Assembly: GCF_009914755.1 (NCBI RefSeq)
Contig: NC_060935.1
Length of the DNA stretch: 64,000 bases
Direction: 5' to 3' (one strand)
Source of the DNA: the human T2T-CHM13v2.0 reference genome, Homo sapiens
A model generated the notes under the pieces. That model was given only the letters and a program-made list of their open reading frames with translations. It was not told the origin of the DNA and searched no databases. Below, piece by piece: positions 14,771 to 32,520 of this stretch (positions are counted from its first letter, which is position 1; each line of letters begins with the position of its first letter). The translations under genes and the position numbers were made by a program.

Positions 14771-14974
14771 TCCGGCCCCACCTAGAGGATATTTACATTT
14801 CATCTTGTGACTGCGGTTATGTTCATTTATAAATAATAAATATATGTTATTCACTAATGGAAAGAAGAAAATAAAGACAATCATTTTGAATTTTTATATT
14901 TTATGGCCTTCCTGGCTTTTGGTCCTTTGAACAGACAGCCTGAAATTTCAAAAAGGATTCAAGCCTCTAAGAAT

Positions 14975-15252
14975 TAAAATGTGAGCCATGTGTGAATCTT
15001 AAATTTTCTAGTAGCCACGTTTTAAAATGTACTAAGAAACAGGTGAAGTTGATTGTAATAATTTAACCCAGTATGTAACCATTTTCCTCTATGGTCAATA
15101 TACAATTGGTAAGGAAGTATATATTTTGGGGTACTAAATCTTTGAAGCTCACTCTGTATTTTACCTTTTCAGCACATTTCAGTTCAGACCAGCTGTATTC
15201 CTGTTATTCAATAGCCACACATGATCAATAGCTGCCACACTAAAGTGCAGCT
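14975..15252. mobile_element. MER3/MER33-like hAT DNA transposon relic
   Basis: TTAAATTTTCTAGTAGCCAC...TCAATAGCCACAC motifs. Confidence 0.6.
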
Positions 15253-16157
15253 CTGAGGTCTAACCTCCCTTATGTCAGGAAGTGGAGGGTCTGAATGTCC
15301 CTCTTCAGCCAGAGGTGAGGGAACAGCCTCTTGCTACAAACATCTCTCCTCCGGTCGAAGGGTGGACGAGATGGTGATCCTAGAGAGCATAGGGGAAAGC
15401 AAAAGAAAATATCCACGGGTAGAGGACTGCTGCCCATCAATAATGGGGCCCTAAGAGGAGAGAACACATCTTCAGATCTGTCCACAGCCTTGACCTCCAA
15501 CATTTAGATATGGAGGAAATAGACTAGAGGCAGACTCATCTTGCTATTTGGCCTTAGCCCTAATGATCAAGCTGTGATTGTCTGTTTCTTCCCGTGGTTG
15601 GGGGGCTGTGTGAGTAAAAGCACCAATCACATATATACATGTGTACATGCATTTCTGTATGACGGAACATTATCTTACAAAAGATCCAACTTTAAATAAG
15701 GGGGGAGAATTAGTACCTGTAAAGTGCTTTCTTCTTGCAGGTAACTAGGAATCAACCTTTCATTGAATCCTGGCACCCTATCTGCCCTGGGTGCATGTAT
15801 TAGTTAGCTATTGCATAACAAATCACTGAAAACTTAATAGCTCATGATTGAGTTCATCAGCCATTCACGCTGAACTCAACTGAGCTATTCTTGTCACAAC
15901 TGGACTGCTTCATGTATGTATGGCCAGCTGCTGGTTGACTAGGTGGCTCTGCTTCTGGGGATGAGATGGCTATCAACAGTGGCACCTTCCTTCTCCCCAC
16001 CATGGTATGTCATCCTCCAGCTGGCTAATCTCATAAAGATAGCAAGGTTCTGATAGCTTGATCTCATAAAGATAGCAAGGTTCTGGGAAACACAGAAGCA
16101 TTTAAGACCTTTTGAGCCTAGGCCCAAAACTAGCACAAAAGCTGTCATATTCGCAGT

Positions 16158-16514
16158 TGATACGGTCTGGCTGTGTCCCCAGCCAAATCTCAACTTGAAT
16201 TGTATCTCCCAGAATTCCCGTGTGTTGTGGGAGGGACCGGGGGAAGGGGGTAATTGAATCATGTGGGCGGGTCTTTCTCATGCTATTCTCATGTTAGTGA
16301 ATAAGTCTCACGAGATCTGATGGGTTTATCAGGGGTTTCCACTTTTGCTTCCTCCTCATTTTTCTCTTGCCGCCACCACGAAAGAAGTGCCTTTTGCCTC
16401 CCGTCATGATTCTGAGGCCTCCCCAGCCATGTGGAACTGTAAGTCCAATTAAACCTCTTTTTGTTCGCATGTTCAGGAATGTCTTTATCAGCAGTGTGAA
16501 AACAAACTAATACA
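16158..16514 (+). mobile_element. THE1 (MaLR) solo LTR, nested in an older MLT1-like LTR (~15797-16625)
   Basis: TGATACGGTCTGGCTGTGTCCCC...AACTAATACA; TSD GCAGT/ACAGT; internal donor ACT|GTAAGT at 16439. Confidence 0.9.
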
Positions 16515-17525
16515 ACAGTTTTCTATAGCCAGAGAAAATAGTGCCAGCCAGATGCAAAGTTTGGGAAACACATTCGGCCTCTTGATGGGAGGAGCTGTAA
16601 GAGCACACAATAAAGAGCATAGATACAGAGAGTAATGAAGAATTGCTGCTGTTTCTGCAATCAGTATTATTCTACCCTTTCTTGCAGAAGAGGTTTATAT
16701 TACTGCTCCAAGTCAAGAACCTTGCCCAAAGTCCCACAGCTGCTAAGCAGCTGGGCTGGTACTCAGGATCAGCTCTGCCTGGCTCTGCAGCCCTTACTCC
16801 TGCATAGACTGCACTGTTCATACAGCTTTCCGAGGCCTGCAAGTTTCTGGAGAGTAACTCTTCTGCAATAGAGGCAGAATTCCTTTTAGATTTGGACCCA
16901 TATGGTGCTGTTTACCATTGGGAATAATCAATCACCTCGAGAAATTGCAGAAGCTTCTTGGAAGGACATGGAATAATTTGGGGGAAATGGCTGATAGATG
17001 ACTTTAGGAAATCAGAGCTCAACAACAGAGGAGCAATTTTAAAACAGAATGTATCCTATATGTCTGTAAATGCTTTCATTCCTTTTTGGTATTTGTAGGC
17101 TGTTCATAATTTTCAACACTGACTATAAGTATGTGACTGAAACAACCTCTTACTCTGAAATCAAGTGACTTAAAGATACATCTGCTGAGAAGACTTTTTT
17201 TCTGCAGCAATTTATCCGAACAACTAAGTACATCTTGGAGGTGTCCGTTGATTTTTAACAAGGAAGAGCTATTTTTCAAGCTCCTATGTGGCAAATCCCA
17301 TCAGTATGCATGGAAACCAGCTACGGTGAATGCATTCTTTACCCTGAATCAATTGTTCTCACCCCTGCTACATGTAAAATCACCTGGGGGGATGGCATTT
17401 AGAATTTCCCAAACCCAAGCTGCCACCGACCAGTAAAATGAGAATCACTGGAGTGGGGCCTGGGCAACATTGTGGCTTAAAGGTCTCCGGGGGATTAGAG
17501 TGTGGGCCAGACCCCAAACCACTGC

Positions 17526-17556
<31 letters not shown>

Positions 17557-18860
17557 GTTCAGGGACACAGGTGCAGATTTGTTATATTGGTAAACTCACA
17601 TCATGGGGGTTTGTTGTACAGATTATTTCATACCCAGGTATTTGTTTTCTGCTATATCCCCAAGACCATGAATCATATCTGGCACATAATAAGCATTTCC
17701 TAATATTTGTTCAAAAAGGATTTGGCAGTCTTGGGGGGCAGAAGGGGGGGTGGGGAAAATTTTTAAATAACACAATTTTTTTCAAAGGCACAATGTTCTA
17801 CAACGTCAAATTCTCTTGTATATTCAGGAAAATTGAGGGTTTTTTCTAAAACACGCTGACATAATGGGAAATAAGATGCAAAATTTGCATGAATGTTTAA
17901 GACAAAGTCTGAGGTTTCCAAGAGATGTTGTGCTGGGGAGGCTGTGTGCTACAAGCTCGCAAAGCTCTGGGAGGACAAAGCATTCATCCTCCCTAGCAGA
18001 GGCCGTGAGGTGAGAAGCTCGGTGGAGCCCCCAAGCTTTGGACTTTTAATATAGAGTGTTCAGGTCCTTATAGTTAGGGCTCATGGCACAAGCAGGTCAC
18101 AGGTCTCTGGCTCCTCTGACCTTTAGCCTCCTTCCCAAGGGAAAATGTGACTCTCCAAAGCAAGAAACTTGAGGGCGTGGTTCACCCCAGCCCTGGCATC
18201 TGCCCAGAGCCTGAGAAGGAAGGAACAATGATCCTCCAGCTACCTCACAGGGCTGGCACAGGGGGTCACTGCCTTGTGGATTGCCCAGCTGTGTCGGGCA
18301 ACCTGGACCCTATCTGTGGGGATGTAAAGAGGAAAATACAAAAGTCTCCATGAGGGCACTGGGAAGATAGAGGCAGGAGAAACCTCCAGGCCTTCACTAC
18401 CCAGCCTTGGACCCATGGTGGAAAGATAACATAGTTGGTGATCTTGTGTGCTTACACTCCAGGTGGCACTGTGGCCTCGTTGTGGCTCTGAAAATGAAGA
18501 TTTGGAAGGAGATCATCACAGCTAATGTTTAACAAGACCCTACTGTATGCCAAATCATTCACCCCTTGCAACAACTTAATAAGCTAGGGATTCGTATTAG
18601 ATATATTTTACAGAAAAGGAAACAGAGACATAAAGAGGTGAATGAACTTGCCCAGATGGCACAGCTAATAAGTGGTGGAGGCAGAACAGAATCTACACAG
18701 TGTGGCTCTGGAGCCCACATTCATTGATTCCGCAAGTGTTTATTGAGCACCTGCCATGTACAAGGTCTGTGCGATTAAATAGGGCTATAATTAATAATAT
18801 AAGCATTATAAACCACTAGCACTTTTTAGAGTTAACATTTTCTTTTTTTTTTTTTTGCAG

Positions 18861-18945
18861 GTTTGAGGCACAGAGCTGTATATACAATAACAGTGAAATT
18901 GATCCCACTACTAATTATGACAAAAATGATCTTCCACGTAAACAG
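18861..18945 (+). other. Candidate non-coding exon (85 nt)
   Basis: Long poly(T) tract followed by GCAG| acceptor; AACAG|gttgga donor. Confidence 0.45.
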
Positions 18946-19003
18946 GTTGGATGTTTTCTAGGTATTATCTCATGAAATCTTGACAGAAACTGAATGAGGA
19001 GGG

Positions 19004-19302
19004 GGCCGGGTGCAGTGGCTCACGCCTGTAATCCCAGCACTTTGGGAGGCCGAGGCGGGGGGATCATGAGGTCAGGAGATCGAGACCATCCTGGCCAACA
19101 TGGTGAAACCCCGTCTCTACTAAAAATACAAAAAAATATTAGCCAGGCGTGGTGGTGGGTGCCTGTAGTCCCAGCTACTTGGGAGGCTGAGGCAGGAGAA
19201 TGGCGTCAACCCGGGAGGTGGAGCTTGCAGTGAGCCGAGATTGCGCTACTGCACTCCAGCCTGGGTGACAGAGCGAGACTCCATCTCCAAAAAAAAAAAA
19301 AG
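19004..19302 (+). mobile_element. AluY
   Basis: Full dimer; TSD AATGAGGAGGG. Confidence 0.9.
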
Positions 19303-19565
19303 AAAATGAGGAGGGAAAGTTGATTGTTCTGATTTCACACAGAAGGAAGTTGAGGTTAGGAGGGGTAAAGTAATTTTGCATGGCATGAAGTAGAAATTCG
19401 AAGTGTAGGGATTTGAACTTGGTCCTGCCCTTTTCTGAAGCCCCCATGCTCTTGACCACTGTGGACTCAAACCTCACCTTGTTTCTCCACTCATTCAACA
19501 AATAGATTTGTTTAAATTATCAAATAGGTTGCCACTCATCATGAGCCTCTGTTCCCATTCTACAG

Positions 19566-19683
19566 GTGGTGAAGCTCCTTATGGTCCTGACCCTACAGTT
19601 CCTGTCCCATGACCAGGGCCAGATCACCAAGGAGCTGCAGCAGTTCGTCGTCAGTGGCAGCCCCATGCGAGCACCCGAGGAAG
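19566..19683 (+). pseudogene. Orphan exon homologous to an ACSM (medium-chain acyl-CoA synthetase) C-terminal exon and to the NPIPB N-terminal exon; 2-nt frameshift
   Basis: Boundaries tctacag|GTGGTG...AGGAAG|gtgagt; 118 nt. Restoring 2 nt gives [28 protein letters not shown](K)SVAAPCEHPRK. Compare, from memory, ACSM1 [40 protein letters not shown] and NPIPB [40 protein letters not shown]. Confidence 0.8.
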
Positions 19684-19805
19684 GTGAGTGAGCACAGACA
19701 GATGGGTCCTGGTGCCCTGGAGCAGTTCCCGGGTCTCGGCTGCCCCAGGTCTCATAGTGTGGCCATGCTGGGGGAAGCTTAGGTAGTCACAGTACTGGCC
19801 TTTTT

Positions 19806-20470
19806 GGGTGAGTACACTGGTGACATGTTACTGTATTCTTGGGCTAGTACACTGGTGACATGATGCTATATTCTTGGGTGAGTACACTGGTGACATGTTG
19901 CTGTATCCTTGGGTGAGTACGCTGGTGACATGTTGCTGTATTCTTGGGTGAGTACACTGGTGACGTGTTGCTGTATTCTTGGGCGTGTACACTGGTGACG
20001 TGTTGCTCTATGCTTGGGTGAGTACGCTGGTGACATGTTGCTGTATTCTTGGGTGAGTACGCTGGTGACACGTTGCTGTATGCTTGGGCGCGTACACTGG
20101 TGACATGTTGCTGTATGCTTGGATGAGTACGCTGGTGACACGTTGCTGTATTCTTGGGCGTGTACACTGGTGACATGTTGCTGTATTCTTGTGTGAATAC
20201 GCTGGTGACATATTGCTGTATTCTTGGGCGTGTACACTGGTGACATATTGCTATGTTCTTAGGCAAGTACATTGTTGACATGTTGCTGCATTCTTAGGCA
20301 AGTACGTGGGTGATATATTCCTGTATTCTTGGACAAGTACACTGGTGACATGTAGCTGTATTCAGAGGTGAGTACACTGGTGATGTATTGCTGTATTCTA
20401 GGGTGAGTACACTGTTGAAATGTTGCTGTATTCTTAGGTGAGTACACTGGTGACATATTGCTATATTCTT
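19806..20470. repeat. 35-bp minisatellite GGGTGAGTACACTGGTGACATGTTGCTGTATTCTT, about 19 copies
   Basis: Unit starts at 19806, 19841, 19876 and onward; copies degrade toward the 3' end. Confidence 0.97.
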
Positions 20471-20834
20471 GTTCTTCGTGTCTAGCAACTCATACATGTT
20501 TACCAGAATATTCCTAAAGGTTCATTTTCACCATCAATTCTACCCAAAACTCGGTTAGCCCTTTTAACAGGCAGATTCAGCTTTTCCTTTGTTTCAGGAA
20601 ATTTTCTTTTTTTGTGCTTAATCACGGCCTCTCCTCCATCTACCTCTTTTCCTCCCCCTGAAACTCCTATGTTATTTGCACCTGATGTCCTGGGTCTGTT
20701 TTCAAATCTTTTCTCTCATGTTTTCAATTTCTTTGTATTCCTGTCAATTCAAGATTTTTCTTCTACTTAATCTTTGAGGCCATTAATTTGAATCTTAATG
20801 ATCACCTTCAATTCATTTGCAACCGTTTTTCAGT

Positions 20835-21100
20835 AGGCTTTATTTTTTGGAACAATTTCTGCTTCACAGCAAAATTAAGCAGAAAGTGCAAAGAGCTCCC
20901 ATAACCACCTGACCCCACACATGCACAGCCTCTCCTACTATCAGCATGCCACACCTACTATCAACATGCCACACCAGAGCAGTACATTGCTTACAATCAA
21001 TGGGCCCGTGTGGACACATCATAATCACCCCAAGTCCATTGTCCACATTGGAGTTAACATTCCGTGTTGTACATTTTTTTGGATTTTGATAAGTATAATG
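20835..21100 (-). mobile_element. L1MC-type 3' end fragment
   Basis: CACAGCAAAATTAAGCAGAAAGT...ACACATCATAATCACCCCAAGTCCAT. Confidence 0.65.
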
Positions 21101-22016
21101 GGAAGAGGACAGACACTGATCTTCACTGTGTTCTGTGGCTCTTTGTGGTCCAAGTTTTTCTTCAGACCCATCACATTCCAATCTTCTCCCAGACCATGGT
21201 CTCCAATGCTGTTACCCAAGTTCTATCCCACCCAGAGTTTCAAGTGAAGCCTAAAACCTTATCCACAACCTTACGACCTCTCTGCCCACTGTGCTGCAGA
21301 GCAGAGGCTGAAATGGGTTGGAGTGAAAGTCAGCAGGAGAGGTACTATTTACTCAAGCTACCATCTTCCAAGAACATCCTTCAAATTTTAATTCTGAAAG
21401 GACATGCAAAATTTATAAATGTTAGTCAACAGAATTCAACAGGGAATCAAAATACATATACACTATAACCAAGCTGGATTCATTGCAGGCATACAAGGAT
21501 GGTTTAATATAAGGAAAGCTAGTTCAATAGACAGAAGCAGAGACAACTACGTGGCCATTCTAGGGAGGCCCTGAGATGAATGAGTAACCCAAACACAGAT
21601 GCTGCTGACTGAGCTGTTAAATTCACCATTTAATCAGGTAAAAGTCTGCCTTTATGAGAAGCAAGGTGCATCTCTGCAGAGATTAGCATATAATTTGTCA
21701 ATCTGGAGGATACCTCACTGGGACTGGGATCAGAAGTAGGGACTGATGGAGAAACAGAAGGAAAGGCGGGAAATTCTCATGCAAAAGGGAGGAGTCCCAG
21801 ACAAGGGCAGCTGGGCCAGGGGCCTGAGGAAGAAGGCAGCCAATGGGAACCAATGCCCAAGAGCATGGCCAGGAGAATTCGGGAGCAGGTACATCTAGTA
21901 AGCAGACTTCAGTTTTCTTTTCAGCAATGTGCTCCTCTTATGCTCTTCTCAGGGTTTAACGTGCATCCCTTAAACAAAGTAGCCTTTTATTAGCAATGAT
22001 TTGGTGATTACAGAGT

Positions 22017-22232
22017 GTCTTAGTCCATTATTGCTGTTATAACAGAATATCTGAACTGGGTAATTGATAACAGAAAGTTACTCTCTCATAGCCCTGGAAG
22101 CTGGGAAGTCAAAGATCAAGGTGCTGGTGTCTGGTGTGGGCCTTCTTACTGTGTCCTTACATGTTGGGAGGCAGAAGGGCAAGAGAGCATGAAATGGTGT
22201 CCTCACATGGAAGAAAAGCAGAAGAAGGTGAA
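22017..22232 (-). mobile_element. MaLR LTR (MST/MLT1A-like), truncated by the satellite
   Basis: TGTCTTAGTCCAT...GCTGGGAAGTCAAAGATCAAGGTG. Confidence 0.7.
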
Positions 22233-22235
22233 TGC

Positions 22236-26135
<3,900 letters not shown>

Positions 26136-26136
26136 C

Positions 26137-27168
26137 TTATTTGACCTTGGCGCCTTTTTTAAACCACCCTACAAAAGGAATGGAACAGATAAGAAGATGT
26201 TGAGATTAGACTGTGCTGCCATGCGGCCGCCGCAGGACACTTTTCATATCCCTGTTTCTCAGGCTGTAGATGAAGGGGTTCAGCATGGGGGTGACCACCA
26301 TGTACATCACTGAGGCCACTGCACCCTTTCTCGGGGAAGATGACACATCTGAACCGAGGTACCCTCCAATGCCTGTTCCATAAAATCAGCAAACAACTGA
26401 CAGGTGAGACCCACAGGTGGAGAAGGTTTATACTTCCCACCTGATGATGAAACCCTCAGAATGGAGGAAACAATTTTACAGTAAGAGAAAAGGGTCCCCA
26501 AGATGGGAAGAAAACCAAATATGGCAGCAGGGAAATACTGATGTTCCTGGTGAAGGTGTCACAACATGCAAGATGGGAGAGTTGAGAAGGTTCCCAGAAG
26601 AAATTAGGAATTTCCACATCCTTGAAGCAGGTCATTTGTAAGGCAATCAAGTTGTGCAGCTGGGAGTCTGAAAGACTGAGAAAAAAAAAAAAAAAGACAA
26701 CAAATCTAGGAAGCCACAGAAACACGGGTTAAAGATGGCTGAACAATATAGAGGGTGACAGATGGCTACAAACCGGTCATAGGCCATCACACTCAGGAGC
26801 ATGTCTCTCTTCCATACCTCCAAAAATGGCAAAGAGAGACATCTGAGTCAGGCAGCCTGCATAGGAGATGACTCTGCTGTGAGACTGGATGTCCACAATC
26901 ATCTTGGGGACCGTGGTGGAGGTGAAACCGATGTCAGGCAAGGACAGGTTGGAGAGGAACAAGTACATGGGGGTGTGGAGGTGGGAGTCAGGGCTGACGG
27001 CCAGGATGATGAGTAGGTTCCCCAGCACCGTGACCAGGCACATGGACAGGAACAGCCCAGCGACGACCTGCTGCAGTTCTGGATCCTCTGAGAGTTTGAG
27101 GAGGAGGAATATAGAGACATCTGTTAGACTCTGTGGGTCTGTATCATTTGGATACAACCCTCTTTTGC
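26137..27168 (-). pseudogene. OR7E12P: Olfactory receptor family 7E pseudogene
   Basis: Motifs [56 protein letters not shown] and [12 protein letters not shown] are spread over shifting frames. No ATG at the start, a frameshift before MAYDRF, an A16 run at ~26681 and in-frame stops. The symbol is inferred from locus context. Confidence 0.92.
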
Positions 27169-27842
27169 CTGGAAAAGAGGGTTGAAAAATCCGAAACAAG
27201 TAAACCAATACCCAGCATTGTGTCTGCATTTTGGATAGAAGCAATTCACCAGTAATGTTTGCAGGTTTCAGAGCAATCCACACTCAGCAATATTTTGTAG
27301 TTCTGACAAGCTCAATTGCCTTATAGTGCTTTCAACATCGATTGCTGTGTTATTCTCCTCTTGCTGTACACACCTGCCTTAGAGACACTAGCTTCGAGAA
27401 CGTTCCAAGAACCAGATCATCATATATAACAAATTCGTAATTGCTAGAAAATACAGCCTATCTTTTCCGAAGAAAAAGATATAATAAAACCACTGTCTTC
27501 ACTTTAAGAAAAAGGTTATCCTAATTAAAGGAAATTAAGAACTCAAATATTTTATTTATTCTACTAGATTGATACAAATTCCCTTGATTTAGAACATTTG
27601 TAAACACTGTGTAACAGCTGAGACCATGCCATCTGGAAATGAAATGAAAGTTGATAGTTCATAAGCAGAAAATAGTTCCACATGCCAGTTAGGTCCTAGT
27701 GATTTCATCATTCTGTTTTCGGACTTTTCTCCTTCGAGAGAGTAATTGCTTACTCAAATCGGTGGGTCTTGTTTTAAAATTCATGGAAGCTCTAACTCCT
27801 GTCCTTAGCTTAGGTGGACTTAGAGTTTTCATCAGAAAGTTT

Positions 27843-28143
<301 letters not shown>

Positions 28144-28446
28144 GAATCAAGTAAGTCAAAGTCATGCTGATGACAGCCAATTTTGGTGAAGCAAGGAAGT
28201 GTCAATTCAATCATTAATATAGATTTTGACTTTTGCTGTCTCCTATGTGCCAAGCAAGATATAGGCTCTGGGGAATCAGAAGCAAAAGAGACTCCCCTGT
28301 TCCTCTCACAGTACTCAGTACTTACTGAGAGAAGGACAAAACAAAATGTCCTGTCTGGAATGCAGGGAAAGCAGAACTTCAGGTCAGGGGATATTTCCGT
28401 TGAATTGTGTGGAGTTGAAGCTGAAAATCTTAAGGAATGTATCTAA

Positions 28447-29016
<570 letters not shown>

Positions 29017-29950
29017 CTTCCAAAAGTTTTAAGCAGAGCTCAGAGGTCTTAACCACAGGCACATCGGAGGAGCATTTTTGAAACGCTTTCCAGCTTCCTC
29101 AATAGGAATGGAAGCCAAACTGAATTGATGACTCCTTTGAGGAAGTCGAGAGCTGTAAGGAAAGCCAGGAACAGGGGCAAGGGAGAGATGCGCCCCGAAT
29201 GATCCTGTGCCAATTCTTTCTGGAATCCTCGATGTGATCTCAGCTGCCCTTTCTATACTTGACACAGTGATTGTGGCACCCACTGGTCTAGCTCTGGTCT
29301 ACAAGGAACGCGCAAAGGGAAGGGCACAGTGAGCAGGGGCATCCGCCTGAGTGATGAGGATTTGAGAGGGCAGGTTGGTTGTAGGGAGAGGACTGGCCAA
29401 ATGCCATGTGTCTGGACTTAGACTGGATGGTTCAAATTGGACTTCACCCTTTTTGACTTCATGATCTAGTAAGAGTTATATGGAAAAGCGTTGCTCCTTT
29501 TCTAGTCTGTAAAATCATCCTGAAATGTGCACTAATAACGTGGAGACCATGCAGATGAAATGAAACAAGCTGCATAGAGCACAGAGCTCAGAGCCTGGCC
29601 TTTAGGAAGCCCTCAGTAAGGGTTCATGATGCCATGGTGTCTGTCGTCATCCTCTTTATCCTCATCATCACCTTCATAATCTTTTTGTTGTTCTTAGGGA
29701 ATACTTTAGAGGGACTGATTCCCTGCTATCATGGGTGAGATGTCTATGAAAAGGACAACCAGTGGGGGAGGAAAGCAAAATTTTGAATAAGATTTCTGAG
29801 ACCCCCAGCACAACCAAGAACAGAAACTGCACAGTCTGCTGAGCGGACAGTTTGCACATTGGTCTCCTCCCATCTGCCCACCACACTCTCCTGTTTGTCC
29901 TGAGGAGGAGGAAACCAAACAAGGCTCCCGTCCGTTTCTCAGCACTCACT

Positions 29951-30966
29951 TGAAGGGGTGACCTGCACCTCCACACCTGTGGGTATTTCTAGTCGGGTGG
30001 GATGAGAGACTGAGGAAAGAAATAAGACACAGAGACAAAGTATAGAGAAACAACAGTGAGCCCAGGGGACCGGCGCTCAGCATACCAAGGATCTGCACCG
30101 GCACCGGCCTCTGAGTTCCCTCAGTTTTTATTGATTATTATTTTTATTATTTTAGCAAAGAGGAATGTAGTAGGAGGGCAGGTTGATAATAAGGAGAAGG
30201 TCAGCAACGAAGATGTGAGCAATAGAATCTATGTCATAATGAAGTTCAAGGGAAGGTACTATGACTGGACGTGTACATAAGCCAGATTTATGTTTCTCTC
30301 CACCCAAACATCTCAGTGGAGTAAAGAATAACAAGGCAGCATTGCTGCAAACATGTCTCACCTCCCACCATAGGCCGGTTTTTCCCCCATCTCAGAATTG
30401 AACAAATGTACAATCGGGTTTTATACTGAGACATTCAGTTCCCAGGGGCAGGCAGGAGACAGTGGCCTTCCTCTCCCTCAACTGCAAGCGGCTTTCCTCT
30501 TTGACTAATCCACCTCAGCACAGACCCTTTATGGGTGTCGGGCTCGGGGACGGTCAGGTCTTTCTCATCCCACGAGGCCACTTTTCAGACTATCACATGG
30601 GGAGAAACCTTGGACAATAAACGGCTTTCAAGGGCAGGGCTCCCTGCAGCTTTCCACAGTGTATCGTGCCCCTGGTTTATTGAGACTAGAGAATGGCGAT
30701 GACTTTTACCAAGTATACTGCTTGGAAACATCTTGTTAACAAGGCATGTCCTGCACAGTCCTAGATCCCTTAAACCTTGATTTCCTACAACACATGTTTT
30801 TGTGAGCTTCAGGTTGGGTCAAAGTGGCTGGGGCAAAGCTACACATTAACAACATCTCAGCAAAGCAATTGTTGAAAGTACAGGTCTTTTTCAAAATGGA
30901 GTCTCTTATGTCTTTCCTTTCTACATAGACACAGTAACAGTCTGATCGCTCTTTCTTTTGCCTACA
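29951..30966 (-). mobile_element. HERV-K(HML-2) solo LTR, older LTR5A/LTR5B type
   Basis: Minus strand reads TGTAGGCAAAAGAAAGAGCGATCAGACTGTTACTGTGTC...CACCCCTTCA; 1016 bp; perfect 6-bp TSD CTCACT (29945-29950 and 30967-30972). Confidence 0.93.
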
Positions 30967-31724
30967 CTCACTGAACTGCCCTTCCCCTTTGCTGGGCCAT
31001 GACCACGGGGAACAGGTCCACTGTCCTCCCTGCGTGGTGCACGATGGATGCTCAGACTCCATCCTCAAGGCTGGCAAGAAGACACGTTGAGACATGTGCC
31101 TCCTGATACAGGTGATGGCTGTGGAGCCCACAGGACTGGAACCTCACACTGCAGGGCTGGAGGCACAGGCCATTTACTGTTCTGTGCCCTGGGGGGCTCA
31201 AGGCACAGAGCTCCTCATTAGCCAAAGTCACCCAAGTTCCCCAACCTCTTAAAGATTTCCTCATCATCATGCAAGAAGAAGAGAAAAGTGAGTGTCCATA
31301 GAAGCTTTGGGGCTCTTCCTCTAATCAGGAGAAAGCTGGTGTGTATTCTTCGCTTCTTTCTTTGCTTTTTAAAGATCCAACTGCTTTAATTTTCATCTTT
31401 TATTATGGGAAAATATACCACGTATAAATATTAAAAATTATAAATATATATTAGTGCATATAGAATGGCCAGTATAAACATTTACAGTTTCCACTCTTTT
31501 TCAGTTTACAGTTTAATGACATTAAGTATGTTCACATTGTTTAGCAACCATCACCGCCATCATCTCCGGAACAGTTTTATTTTTCAAAATGGAAATTGCA
31601 ACCATTCGCCAAGCTCTCCACTCCTCTCTCTCGCCTACCCCTGGGGGCCACCTTTCTAGTTTGCAACTCTAGGAGTCTAACTACTCTAGACACTTGATAG
31701 ATAAGTGGAATCATACCGTGTTTA

Positions 31725-32437
<713 letters not shown>

Positions 32438-32520
32438 CCAAGGATGTGTATATTTTCTATAGAGTTTTGATGATAATACTTTGACAGCAAATATATTGTG
32501 ACTATATATATATAGTCACA

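Noticed and set aside
13998-14810. 203-aa and other ORFs over the ZNF195 promoter
   Set aside because: Stop-poor GC-rich CpG island; no recognisable domain.
19806-20470. CRISPR-like array of ~35-bp repeats
   Set aside because: Units are directly abutting with no unique spacers and no cas genes, in eukaryotic context. It is a minisatellite, and the overlapping ORFs are repeat artefacts.
26777-27283. 168-aa OR ORF as a functional receptor
   Set aside because: It covers only TM1-3, frameshifts before MAYDRF, and has further frameshifts and stops downstream.
32481-32490. GACAGC as a possible SVA TSD
   Set aside because: Only a 6-bp match, ~30 bp away from the SVA 5' junction, and it lacks the A-rich start expected of an L1-endonuclease TSD.
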